DNA of 64,000 nt, from NCBI GenBank assembly GCA_900543825.1, contig UQSR01000001.1, positions 7,810-71,809 on the forward strand, written 5' to 3'. The DNA is from an uncultured Mycoplasmatota bacterium (GTDB taxonomy: Bacteria; Bacillota_I; Bacilli_A; RF39; UBA660). Below, one piece after another: positions 1 through 9,582 of the stretch. Each line of letters opens with the position of its first letter. Position 1 is the stretch's first letter. The notes below the pieces were generated by a model. That model worked only from the letters and a program-made list of their open reading frames with translations, did not search any database and was not told where the DNA came from. The position numbers and the translations under genes are program-made.

Positions 1-201
1 GATGGTATTAGAAGTATATGTGTATTTATTAGTGGCTTTTCTAATGAAAGAAAGAAACAGTTATCTATATTTGATGTTTCTTCTGATGATTATTATGATA
101 TAAAGAGGGATGATAAACTTCAAAGTGTTATAGATGATATTAGGGATAAATATGGTAATAATGTTATTGGTTATGGTAGTAATAACAACGATAAAAGGTA
201 G
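1..201 (+). CDS. dinB: 3' end of Y-family DNA polymerase IV (partial, C-terminal little-finger region)
   Basis: Frame 1 is open from the window edge to TAG at 199-201. It translates ...IRSICVFISGFSNERKKQLSIFD...KLQSVIDDIRDKYGNNVI, typical of a DinB C-terminus (QLSLF / IRxKYG). Confidence 0.6.
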   Translation, partial: DGIRSICVFISGFSNERKKQLSIFDVSSDDYYDIKRDDKLQSVIDDIRDKYGNNVIGYGSNNNDKR

Positions 202-209
202 GTATAAGT

Positions 210-2213
210 ATGGAATATAGTAATATGAGTTGTTTAGAAATTGTTAATGTACTTAAATATAAAAGTGATAAGGAAAAGACTGCTATTTTAAATACTCCAG
301 TTATAAAAGATAAATTAAAAAAAGAACTATTAAAAGAAGCTGCTATGGGAAATGCTTATTATAATTTTAGAAATATTATTAATGTTCTTTCTTTGAATTA
401 TATATTTGATAATTTTGATTATGATGATATACATGAAGCATTTAAAAAGCTTAGTTATAAGGATTTTTCTAATTATAATAGTATAGATGATAATATTTCT
501 TTTGAAATTAATAATAGTGAAATTAGAAATAGTAATGAATATAAATTTTTTGTTGTATTATGTGAGAATGATATCAATAATACTATTTTGTGGATTTTAC
601 AAAATGATAATCTTTTTAAAGAATTTTTTATGAAGGTAGATAATTTTTATTCAATGTTTTGTGATCTTGATTATGATCTTATTGTAAAAATTATTTATAA
701 ACTAGATGAATATCGCGATTATTTTCATGATAAGGGTTATGATTTTTTATCTTTAATTAATAAAGATAATCAAAAGGCGTTATTAGGAGAAAATTTTAGT
801 GATGATATTATTCTGAAACTTATTGGTTATTTTAATATTGATACTCTATCTTACTTTTTTTTAAATGATCGAAGAAGTATTGATTTATTTGAAAAGATTC
901 CTAATATAAATGGCTATATTAATTCTGGTGTTAAGTTTAATGATAGTATTTTATCTAGTCAGCGTTTTTTTAATAGACTAAAAAGTAGTAGTTTTGTCAT
1001 TTTTAGAAAAAATATTAATACTGTTGAAACTTATAATAATCCTATTATGATAGAGCAAAAACTTAAAAAATATTATGACGAGTTAATTTCTTCATATGAT
1101 AGTGAGGAAGATATGTTTGGTGAATATTGGGGTGTTTTGAATAATCCTTCATTACTTTATAATTATTATGATAAAGATACTTTTATTTTTTCTTATGATA
1201 TTGTGCTTTTATTTGAAAAATATTTGAGTTGTGACGATGATGATAATTTATATTTTAAAGATAGGGATGCACTTATTCAAATCCTTAAAATGGAAACTAG
1301 TAAGAAAATTAGTGAAGTTGTTATTGATGCTCTGTTTTCTGATAATATTTATAATGTTGGGATTAATATTAGGGAAATGATTAGGTATAATAATAAATCA
1401 GATAAAAATGATGGGGCTTTAGATGATGATAGAGTGGCTTTTTATAAAATGATTCTTGACTTTGATAACATCTCTTCAAAAGATAAGATTAAGCTATTTA
1501 ATGAGTTTAAAGATAGAAATTTTAGTTTGACTTTTTATGATGATTTAAGAAAATTAAAGGATGCATCTTATGACATGATTAAGAATGATTTACTAGATTT
1601 GTCTAAGTATAGTGATAAAGTTTCTTCTATTGATTGTGAAAGAACGCAATGTCTTGTTTATGATTTGAGAGATAGTAAGTATACTATGCTTGTTAGAAGT
1701 AAGTTTCCACATAAAGATAAAAGTAATAAAAGAAGAAACTGTTATTCTATTATATCTGATGAGAATAATAATACTTTTGATCAAGGAGAAGATAATGATA
1801 AGATAATATATGGATATAATTCTTTCCTTAATGATAGGGTTATTCATATGCTTGAACAAGATGCTTTTAGTAGCGATGCATATAATGATAATAAAGATGT
1901 TAGTAACTATGTAAATAGAATTGCTTCAAAAGATGAACTTGTTCTTGGCAGTGATTGTTATAGTGAAGTTGAGCTTGTTAATATACAAGATAAAAATGGT
2001 AAATATATTAATCAAAAGCCAGATTTTATTGTTGTTTATGATAATATAAGAGACATTGATATCATTGAGAGTAAGAGGCTTAATATTCCTATTGTTATTA
2101 TTAGAAAGAATATATTAGATAAGAATGAGAGAATTGATATGGAATTTGATAGAGAAAAGGATAGATATGTTAATTCTTCAAGCGATGAGGTTGTTAGTAG
2201 AAAATTTAGATAA
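210..2213 (+). CDS. Hypothetical 667-aa N/D/K/Y-rich soluble protein, no recognisable domain
   Basis: Long ORF with an RBS (aaaaggtagg) 8 nt upstream. No TM segments and no motifs I recognise. Confidence 0.55.
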   Translation: MEYSNMSCLEIVNVLKYKSDKEKTAILNTPVIKDKLKKELLKEAAMGNAYYNFRNIINVLSLNYIFDNFDYDDIHEAFKKLSYKDFSNYNSIDDNISFEINNSEIRNSNEYKFFVVLCENDINNTILWILQNDNLFKEFFMKVDNFYSMFCDLDYDLIVKIIYKLDEYRDYFHDKGYDFLSLINKDNQKALLGENFSDDIILKLIGYFNIDTLSYFFLNDRRSIDLFEKIPNINGYINSGVKFNDSILSSQRFFNRLKSSSFVIFRKNINTVETYNNPIMIEQKLKKYYDELISSYDSEEDMFGEYWGVLNNPSLLYNYYDKDTFIFSYDIVLLFEKYLSCDDDDNLYFKDRDALIQILKMETSKKISEVVIDALFSDNIYNVGINIREMIRYNNKSDKNDGALDDDRVAFYKMILDFDNISSKDKIKLFNEFKDRNFSLTFYDDLRKLKDASYDMIKNDLLDLSKYSDKVSSIDCERTQCLVYDLRDSKYTMLVRSKFPHKDKSNKRRNCYSIISDENNNTFDQGEDNDKIIYGYNSFLNDRVIHMLEQDAFSSDAYNDNKDVSNYVNRIASKDELVLGSDCYSEVELVNIQDKNGKYINQKPDFIVVYDNIRDIDIIESKRLNIPIVIIRKNILDKNERIDMEFDREKDRYVNSSSDEVVSRKFR

Positions 2214-2230
2214 ATGGGAGATGTTTTTAT

Positions 2231-4393
2231 ATGAATGATGTTATTATTAATGGTATTGTAAATGATTTAAATATTAAAAAAGAAAGTGTGGTAGCCACTT
2301 TAAAATTATTAGAAGAAGGAAATACAGTTCCTTTTATTGCTAGATATAGAAAGGAAGTTACTGGAGCTTTAAATGAAGAAGAAATTAGAAGTATTAATGA
2401 GGTATATGAATATCAAGAAAATTTACTTAAAAGAAAAGAAGATGTTATCAGATTAATTGATGAAAAGGGAATGCTTACTCCAGAGATTAGAGATAATATT
2501 ATGAAATGTGATAAATTAGTTGAGGTAGAGGATATTTATAGGCCTTATAAGGAAAAGAAGAAAACTAAGGCTACTGAAGCTATTAAAAATGGTCTTGAGC
2601 CATTAGCTAAAATTATTATGTCTTTTAAAGACGTTGATATTAATAAAATTGCTCTTTCTTATATAAATGAAAATGTTAAGGATGTTGATGCTGCTATTAA
2701 AGGGGCTAGTTATATTATTGCGGAATGGATTAGTGATAATGCTAGTTATCGTAAGTATATTAGGAATAATATGATTAATCATGGGGTTATTTGTACTAAG
2801 AAAAAGAAAAATGCTATAGATGATAAGGGTACATATGAGATGTATTATGATTATGAGGAAAAAATAAAATTTATTAAGTCTCATAGGGTACTTGCTATTA
2901 ATAGAGGGGAAAAAGAGGATATTTTATCTGTTAATATTAAAGTTGATGATGATTATATTATTTCTTATTTGAAGAGTAGAATTATTAAAAATAATAATGT
3001 CATGTCTGCTAAAATTGTGGATGAGGCCATTAACGATAGTTATAAAAGACTTATATTTCCTAGTATTGAGAGAGAAGTTAGATCTTTTCTTAAAGATAAA
3101 AGTGAAGAGGACGCAATAGATGTATTTGGTGATAATTTAGAGAATTTAATTTTGACACCGCCTATTAAGGATGTTACGGTACTTGGTTTTGATCCTGCCT
3201 TTAGAACTGGTTGTAAGCTTGCTGTTGTTAGCCCTACTTCTTCGGTTCTTAATATTTCGGTTATTTATCCTCATGAACCACATAATAAATGGGAAGAGGC
3301 TAAAAATACTTTGAAGGATTTATTTAAAAAGTATGATATAGATGTTGTGGCTATTGGTAATGGTACTGCTTCTAGGGAAAGTGAAAAGTTGGTGGCAGAG
3401 GCTATTAGTGAGTATAATGATAAAGATGTTAAATATGTTATTGTAAGTGAAGCTGGTGCTAGTGTATATTCTGCTAGTGAAATGGCTATTAGTGAATTTC
3501 CAGACTTGACGGTAGAAAAAAGAAGTGCTATTAGTATTGCTAGAAGACTTCAAGATCCTTTATCTGAACTTGTTAAGATTGATAGTAAGAGTATTGGTGT
3601 TGGTCAATATCAACATGATGTTAATGAGAAGAAATTAGATGAATCACTTAATTTTGTTGTTTCTAAATGTGTTAATAATGTTGGCGTTAATATTAATACT
3701 GCTAGTAGAGCTATACTTAAATATGTTTCTGGACTTACTAAGTCTTCTATTGATAAGATTATTAAATATAGGGAAGATAATGGTAAAATATTGTCTCGAG
3801 GTAAGCTTCTTAAGGATAAGGTATTAACTCCTAAAACTTATCAACAGTCTATTGGTTTTATGAGAGTTATTGATGGTGATAATATTATGGATGAGACTCC
3901 TATTCATCCTGAAAGTTATGATATTGCTAGTAAGTTACTTAATGATATTGGTTTTGATATATGTGATGTTGGTAGTGATAAGTTATCAAAAAAACTTGAT
4001 GATTTTGATGTTTCTTTATATGCTGATAAAAATGGTATTGATATTTATACAATAGAAGATATTGTTAAATGTTTAAAACAACCTAATAGGGATTTTAGAG
4101 ATGATTTTGAAAAGCCACTACTTAAGAGTGATATTCTTAAAATAGAGGATTTAAAAGTTGGTATGGAACTATTTGGTACTGTTAGAAATGTTGTTGATTT
4201 TGGGGCTTTTATTGATATTGGGCTACATGATGATGGACTTGTACATATATCTAAAATGACTGATAAATATATTAAGCATCCAAGTGAAATTGTTTCGGTT
4301 GGTGATATTGTTACCTGCTACGTAGATGATATTTCTTTAGAGAAGGGTAGAGTTAGTCTTTCACTTATTAATCCTAATTTAGTTAAAAATTAG
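2231..4393 (+). CDS. tex: Tex/YhgF transcription accessory protein (YqgF/HhH/S1 domains)
   Basis: N-terminus ...VPFIARYRKE... and a C-terminal S1 domain (GTVRNVVDFGAFIDIG...GLVHISK). Size 720 aa. Confidence 0.9.
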   Translation: MNDVIINGIVNDLNIKKESVVATLKLLEEGNTVPFIARYRKEVTGALNEEEIRSINEVYEYQENLLKRKEDVIRLIDEKGMLTPEIRDNIMKCDKLVEVEDIYRPYKEKKKTKATEAIKNGLEPLAKIIMSFKDVDINKIALSYINENVKDVDAAIKGASYIIAEWISDNASYRKYIRNNMINHGVICTKKKKNAIDDKGTYEMYYDYEEKIKFIKSHRVLAINRGEKEDILSVNIKVDDDYIISYLKSRIIKNNNVMSAKIVDEAINDSYKRLIFPSIEREVRSFLKDKSEEDAIDVFGDNLENLILTPPIKDVTVLGFDPAFRTGCKLAVVSPTSSVLNISVIYPHEPHNKWEEAKNTLKDLFKKYDIDVVAIGNGTASRESEKLVAEAISEYNDKDVKYVIVSEAGASVYSASEMAISEFPDLTVEKRSAISIARRLQDPLSELVKIDSKSIGVGQYQHDVNEKKLDESLNFVVSKCVNNVGVNINTASRAILKYVSGLTKSSIDKIIKYREDNGKILSRGKLLKDKVLTPKTYQQSIGFMRVIDGDNIMDETPIHPESYDIASKLLNDIGFDICDVGSDKLSKKLDDFDVSLYADKNGIDIYTIEDIVKCLKQPNRDFRDDFEKPLLKSDILKIEDLKVGMELFGTVRNVVDFGAFIDIGLHDDGLVHISKMTDKYIKHPSEIVSVGDIVTCYVDDISLEKGRVSLSLINPNLVKN

Positions 4394-4453
4394 TAATATT
4401 TTGACTTTTTATGAAAAAAATAGTGTAAAATTTGAGAAATTTGCATAAAATAA

Positions 4454-4482
4454 TTGACAGATGGGCAATTTTATAGTAATAT
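4454..4482 (+). promoter_or_regulatory. Sigma-A type promoter for tRNA-Gly (-35 TTGACA, 17-nt spacer, -10 TAATAT)
   Basis: TTGACA at 4454-4459, TAATAT at 4477-4482, and the tRNA starts 18 nt downstream. Confidence 0.6.
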
Positions 4483-4499
4483 TATTATTGCCTACTGAT

Positions 4500-4573
4500 G
4501 CAGGTGTAGTTTAATGGTAGAACCTCAGCCTTCCAAGCTGACTGCGTGAGTTCGATTCTCATCACCTGCTCCA
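4500..4573 (+). tRNA. tRNA-Gly (anticodon UCC) with encoded CCA
   Basis: Acceptor GCAGGTG/CACCTGC, anticodon stem TCAGC/GCTGA with loop CTTCCAA, T-arm GAGTTCGATTCTC, 3' CCA. Confidence 0.85.
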
Positions 4574-4585
4574 AATGAAAATATA

Positions 4586-4610
4586 CCCTTAAAATATAAG
4601 GGTTTTTATT
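4586..4610 (+). terminator. Rho-independent terminator after tRNA-Gly
   Basis: CCCTT-aaaatat-AAGGG hairpin followed by TTTTTATT. Confidence 0.6.
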
Positions 4611-4638
4611 ATTTTATATAACTTTTACATCTTATTTT

Positions 4639-4950
4639 TTATAATTTTAATTTATTTAGTCCTTCTGATATTACAAATTTATTACTTTCAAATAGATGTG
4701 AATATGTTTCTATTACTGTTGTTTCTGTATCTCCAATTTGTTTAATTGTGTAGTTCATACTTCTTAAAATAGTTACATGCGAATGTCTAAACTTGTGAAT
4801 AGTTATTCTTTTTACATTTGCTTTTTTTATATAACTTTCTTTTTTTCTAATTATTGTTGTTCTAGACAATGGAACAATATCACCAAAGATAAACATTTCA
4901 TTATTGAAGTCATATATTTTTGATTTTTGAATATATAAATCATCTAACAA
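4639..4950 (-). pseudogene. Truncated tyrosine recombinase/phage integrase (C-terminal catalytic ~100 aa only)
   Basis: HKFRHSHVT (HxxRH box II) and ...IETYSHL (catalytic Tyr). The N-terminal ~250 aa of a normal integrase are absent. Lies immediately 3' of tRNA-Gly. Confidence 0.65.
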
Positions 4951-5019
4951 TTTAATAAAATAAATACTATAATAGGTTATATAAATAGCAAATTAAATTT
5001 ATTACCAAATATTATAAAA

Positions 5020-5283
5020 ATGGAAAAATTAAAAAGACAACTAAGAGGATATCATTATAAAAATAATTTTGTAACAATTCCTATAGTTGAATACTTTACT
5101 CTGGGAAATAAAGAAAATTTATTAGAGGCTTTTGATTTATTAAATTCTGTTTTAGACAATTATACACTAGATGATAGATATAAATATGGATTTTCCATTT
5201 CTAATATTGAATATGGAACTTCTATGAAAAAACTTTTATTATCTTTACAAAAAAATTTCAATAATCGAATTAATATTAAATAA
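5020..5283 (+). CDS. Hypothetical 87-aa protein (possible cargo remnant of the decayed element)
   Basis: ORF only, no recognisable motif. Confidence 0.3.
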   Translation: MEKLKRQLRGYHYKNNFVTIPIVEYFTLGNKENLLEAFDLLNSVLDNYTLDDRYKYGFSISNIEYGTSMKKLLLSLQKNFNNRINIK

Positions 5284-5363
5284 AATATGTTATAATTATT
5301 TTATTAGTGTAGTGTTTAATTTTATAATAAAAAATACTAAGTAATTATATATACTTGGTATTT

Positions 5364-5837
5364 TTAATTTTCTTTTGGTTTTGATACATCTACCCATGAT
5401 TTATAGTTTGTTACTTTTTCTAATTCTTCTATTGATATCTCAATAGCATTATTAGTGGCACCACAAGCTGGAAATACTGTTTCGAATTGTTTTAATGATT
5501 CATCTAGGTATACTTCTACTCCTTCGTTTAATGCAAATGGGCATACTCCTCCTATAGGATGCCCTATTTTTTCTTCTACTTCATCAGAACTTACCATATG
5601 GGCTTTTTCACCGAATGTATGTCTATATTTGGCATTATCTATTTTTGCATCTCCTGATGTTACTACTACGATATATTTATTTTTTAATTTGAAGGATAAT
5701 GTTTTTGCTATTCTTTCTTCTTTTGTACCTAGTGCTTCGGCAGCTTCTTTTACTGTGGCACTTATTCCTTCTACTGTTATTATTCTATTATCCATATTAT
5801 ATTTTTTTAAATATTCTTTTACTCTTTCTCTAGACAT
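5364..5837 (-). CDS. ybaK: YbaK/EbsC-family aminoacyl-tRNA deacylase
   Basis: 157 aa with HPIGGVCPF and an AEALG motif typical of the YbaK/ProX trans-editing domain. Confidence 0.75.
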   Translation of the reverse strand: MSRERVKEYLKKYNMDNRIITVEGISATVKEAAEALGTKEERIAKTLSFKLKNKYIVVVTSGDAKIDNAKYRHTFGEKAHMVSSDEVEEKIGHPIGGVCPFALNEGVEVYLDESLKQFETVFPACGATNNAIEISIEELEKVTNYKSWVDVSKPKEN

Positions 5838-5930
5838 TTTTTTACTTCCTTTCTGATGTTATTATTATAACATAAATGTTGTTATTTGTTTAATTATTTT
5901 TATTTGGTTAATATTAATACTGGTGATTAT

Positions 5931-6851
5931 ATGAAGATTAGGCTTGGATATGCTTGTATTACTAATTGTCTTGATTCTACTAGTTCTAGTCCTTATACTT
6001 ATGGTGAATATTTGAAATATGGTGATATGGAAAAGTTAGATAGGGTTATTGTTTCTAATTTAAAATCTTTGGAGGAGATTATTTATTATAATATTAAGAA
6101 TAATATTCATTTTTATAGAATGTCTTCTAAAATTATTCCTTTAGCTACTAAAAGTGATGTTAAGTTTGATTATATTAATAAATATAAAAGTTATTATGAT
6201 AAGATAGGCAAGATGATTAGTGATTATGATATGAGAGTGGATTTTCATCCTGATCAATTTTGTGTTTTAAATAGTGTTAAAAGCGATGTTGTTAGTGCTT
6301 CTATTGATATTTTGAAATATCATTATAGTTTACTTGAAGCTTTGGGTATTAAGAATAAAATATTGGTTTTGCATGTTGGTAGTAATTCTTTTGGTAAGGA
6401 TAATTCTATTAGAAGGTTTATTAATAATTTTAATAAATTACCTAATTATTTAAAGGAATGTATTGCTATTGAAAATGATGATAAAGTGTTTAATGTTAAT
6501 GATGTTTTAGAGATATCTAAAAATACTGGCGTACCTGTTATTTTGGATTATCATCATCATTTGTGTAATAAAAGTGATTTTTCTTTTGAAGATATTTTTA
6601 ATAGTTTTAATAATAGGAAAGTTAAGATGCATTTTTCTTCTTCTAAAAACAAGAAGGATTTTAGAAGTCATAATGATTATATTAATGGTGATGATTTTAT
6701 TGATTTTATTAAAATACTTAAGAAATATGATAGGGATGTTGATATTATGATTGAGGCTAAATGTAAAGATGATAGTCTATTTAGATTAGTTAGATATATT
6801 AAGTATAAAACTGATTATAAGTTTATAGATGATACTACTTTTATGGTATAA
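5931..6851 (+). CDS. uvsE: UV DNA damage endonuclease (UvsE/UVDE)
   Basis: MKIRLGYAC..., FHPDQF, LVLHVGS, IENDDK, DYHHH, HFSS and MIEAK align with Bacillus UvsE signature blocks. Start chosen at ATG 5931 after GGTGAT. Confidence 0.85.
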   Translation: MKIRLGYACITNCLDSTSSSPYTYGEYLKYGDMEKLDRVIVSNLKSLEEIIYYNIKNNIHFYRMSSKIIPLATKSDVKFDYINKYKSYYDKIGKMISDYDMRVDFHPDQFCVLNSVKSDVVSASIDILKYHYSLLEALGIKNKILVLHVGSNSFGKDNSIRRFINNFNKLPNYLKECIAIENDDKVFNVNDVLEISKNTGVPVILDYHHHLCNKSDFSFEDIFNSFNNRKVKMHFSSSKNKKDFRSHNDYINGDDFIDFIKILKKYDRDVDIMIEAKCKDDSLFRLVRYIKYKTDYKFIDDTTFMV

Positions 6852-6871
6852 ATAAAAGTAACATGTTAATG

Positions 6872-7711
6872 TTACTTTATTAAATTTATTAATTCTATAA
6901 GTATTCCGGATATTGCTCCTAGAAAATATAATAATAGTATTATGGATATATTTTCTTTAATATTTTTATTGTTTTTAATTAATACTAGTATGGCTGCTCC
7001 GGATGATGTTAATAGTCCTCCTATTAATGAACCTAATGATATAGAACTATTTAGATATAATTCTGTTAGTATTACACTAGCGGAACAATTTGGTATTAGT
7101 CCTATTAGACTTGTTATAAATGGACCGAATATTGTATTTGTTAAAAATATTTTTGTTAGATAGTCTTCTCCTATATAGGTTATTATGATATTTAATATTA
7201 GAGTTACGATAAAGATAAATATGGTTATATGTATGGTATGTTTTAGAGATGATGATATTATTCCATGACTGCATTCACAATGCTCTTCATCACATATTTG
7301 GTAGTTTTCTTTTTCTTTCTTATTATTTAATATTTTATCTATTATTACTCCGTATATTATACCAAAGAATATTTTTATTAGAAGTATTTTTAGTATTAAT
7401 GTTATTTCTACTTTTTTTGATAACATTATTATTAACATTTCATCACTAGTTGATAAATATATTGATATTAGTGTTCCTAGTGTTATTATTCTTGTTATAT
7501 ATAAATTAGTGGCCATTACTGAAAAACCACATTGGGGTATTACTCCTAATAATGAACCTATGATTGGTCCTATTTTTTTTGATTTGGTAATTATTTCTTT
7601 GTTTTTATTTGTTAGTTTATGTTCTATTAATTCTATTATTAAAAATGCTATAAATAAAAACGGAATTATTTTTAATGAATCTAGTAATGTATCTAATATT
7701 ATTTCTTTCAT
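6872..7711 (-). CDS. Polytopic membrane protein with central Cys/His-rich loop (putative heavy-metal exporter, ArsP_2-like)
   Basis: Two hydrophobic halves, each with a Pro-Cys motif (VIPQCGFSV / LIPNCSASV), separated by the loop ...CDEEHCECSHG. Confidence 0.5.
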   Translation of the reverse strand: MKEIILDTLLDSLKIIPFLFIAFLIIELIEHKLTNKNKEIITKSKKIGPIIGSLLGVIPQCGFSVMATNLYITRIITLGTLISIYLSTSDEMLIIMLSKKVEITLILKILLIKIFFGIIYGVIIDKILNNKKEKENYQICDEEHCECSHGIISSSLKHTIHITIFIFIVTLILNIIITYIGEDYLTKIFLTNTIFGPFITSLIGLIPNCSASVILTELYLNSSISLGSLIGGLLTSSGAAILVLIKNNKNIKENISIILLLYFLGAISGILIELINLIK

Positions 7712-7764
7712 TATTTCCTCCGCTTTTAATTATAGCATTTGTTTATTTTTTTAGCAATATGGTT

Positions 7765-8652
7765 TTATCTTTTTAATGTTTTGATAAATTTTTTTTCTTC
7801 TTCTTTATTTTTTGCTAAATATTCTGATAAATAATTGTAGGCTATATTTCTTATTAATGTTTCATTACTTATTTGGATATCGTTATCTTTTAGTCTTGTG
7901 TTAATTATATTGATATTTGGTTTTTGCATACTTAGGGCCAAATCAATACATTTTTCAGTGCAGTTTATTAAGTAGTTGAAATATTCTTGATAATTTGTTT
8001 TTTGATAATTAGTAGCTTTAAGTATTTTATTGAATATTATAGTTATGTAGTTATATACTTCTTCATAATATTCACTGTGATTTAATACTTGTTTTGGATT
8101 ACTTATTTTACTTATGTATGGTCTTTTATCATAATTAAATAATGATACTTCGATATCAACACTTTGATATTTTTCAATGCAATTTAAATTAAATAATAGT
8201 AGTGTATTTACACTCCATGAATTGAAAGTAAGACCTGGTTTGTTATAACCTAATTTGTTTATTGAAACTTCAACGCCATCATAATCTTTTGATAGGGTTT
8301 CAAAATCTATTATATTTAATTCTGGATTATCGTAATGGGTTAATATATAGTGCCATGATGGATATTTTTGAGATAATTCTATTATCTTTTCTTCACTATC
8401 AATATTTAATATTTTAGCATTGTTTTTTAGTGTGAATATGGCACCGGCGTTAATATTTTTATAAGATGCTGTTTCTTGATCTTCATATAGTAGATAATCA
8501 TGCCATTCGCTTATGCAGTATATTCTACTTATAAATTCGCTTGACCATAATCCACCATTTGGTTTATAAAAATTTATATCTAATGGCCTTAATATTTTTC
8601 TAAAAATATCTTCGGCTATGTTTTTTGTGCCTATTGTTACATATTCTTTCAT
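7765..8652 (-). CDS. Hypothetical cytoplasmic protein (295 aa), no known domain recognised
   Basis: ORF preceded by an RBS (revcomp of cgaggagaaaatg → GGAGAA). Confidence 0.5.
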   Translation of the reverse strand: MKEYVTIGTKNIAEDIFRKILRPLDINFYKPNGGLWSSEFISRIYCISEWHDYLLYEDQETASYKNINAGAIFTLKNNAKILNIDSEEKIIELSQKYPSWHYILTHYDNPELNIIDFETLSKDYDGVEVSINKLGYNKPGLTFNSWSVNTLLLFNLNCIEKYQSVDIEVSLFNYDKRPYISKISNPKQVLNHSEYYEEVYNYITIIFNKILKATNYQKTNYQEYFNYLINCTEKCIDLALSMQKPNINIINTRLKDNDIQISNETLIRNIAYNYLSEYLAKNKEEEKKFIKTLKR

Positions 8653-8755
8653 ACATTTTCTCCTCGTTTTTGTGTTTATATATAATACTTTATTTAGTTA
8701 TTATTGTCAAGTGAGTTATTGTTTTTTTTATGAAATGGTGATATTATATGCATAG

Positions 8756-9499
8756 GTGTTTATTGTGGAAAAAAAGAAAAAGAATATTATTATTTTATGT
8801 TTACTTGTTGTTATTTTTATTTTACTTATTATTATTTTTTGTTTAAGTTTGAAAAAAGAAAACTCTATAAATGACTTAATAATAAATGAAGTGATAGATG
8901 AATCTAATAATCCTTCTACTGATATTCCTACTGGTACTACTACTGAGGATAATAATGTTTTAAACTCTAATTTAAATGAGAGTAATATAGAAAGTAATAC
9001 AGAATATAATGATAATGTTAATGAAAATAGTGTTATTCAATATTTTGATAATATGAATAATGAAATTAATGAGAGTAATTTTGAAAAATGTAAGACTAAG
9101 TTTAAAGATTATTTTATTACTGGTGTTGATTTTATTTTTTATGATAAGAAAATTAAGGGTTATACTTTTAATGAACTTAGTAATGAAGCTAAACTTAAGG
9201 TTATTGCTATTCTTATTAAGATTGATAATAAAATAGAAAAGTATGCACCAGGTTATAAAGAAAGTATTAGTAATACTGGTAGTAGGATATATACTGATAT
9301 AAAGGAGCGTCTTATTACTGCTTATTTTGATATATCTACTAAAATGTGTTCTAATAATACTTATGAATGTGATAGGGCAAAAGAGATATTTGGTGATGTT
9401 AAAAATGAATGTAAAATTGGTTTATCATATGTTAAAAAAGTTGCTATTAGTGGTGGTAGAAAAATTAAAGATTGGTATGAGATTTATAGTGGTAAGTGA
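8756..9499 (+). CDS. Hypothetical N-terminally membrane-anchored protein with Asn/Glu-rich linker and Cys-containing C-terminal domain
   Basis: K-rich N-terminus then a hydrophobic helix (IIILCLLVVIFILLIIIFCL), followed by an extracytoplasmic domain. Confidence 0.5.
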   Translation: MFIVEKKKKNIIILCLLVVIFILLIIIFCLSLKKENSINDLIINEVIDESNNPSTDIPTGTTTEDNNVLNSNLNESNIESNTEYNDNVNENSVIQYFDNMNNEINESNFEKCKTKFKDYFITGVDFIFYDKKIKGYTFNELSNEAKLKVIAILIKIDNKIEKYAPGYKESISNTGSRIYTDIKERLITAYFDISTKMCSNNTYECDRAKEIFGDVKNECKIGLSYVKKVAISGGRKIKDWYEIYSGK

Positions 9500-9552
9500 T
9501 TTTTATATTTTATTTACATATTATTATGAGAAAATATTAAATATTTTTTGAA

Positions 9553-9582
9553 AAAACTTTACTTATTTTGATAAAGTTGTTA
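9553..9582 (+). promoter_or_regulatory. Promoter of rpsF operon (-35 TTTACT, extended -10 TGTTATAAT)
   Basis: TTTACT, 17-nt spacer, then TATAAT preceded by TGT. The leader contains the hairpin CCTTATtgATAAGG. Confidence 0.5.

Noticed and set aside
2603-4055. Several 60-93-aa I/L-rich ORFs inside tex (both strands)
   Set aside because: AT-rich shadow ORFs within a well-supported 720-aa Tex gene.
4393-5360. Intact prophage or ICE at tRNA-Gly
   Set aside because: Only a ~100-aa integrase fragment and one small ORF remain. There are no structural, replication or conjugation genes, and core genes resume at 5364.
5455-5856. 133-aa plus-strand ORF
   Set aside because: Antisense shadow of the ybaK-like gene (5364-5837), with no RBS.
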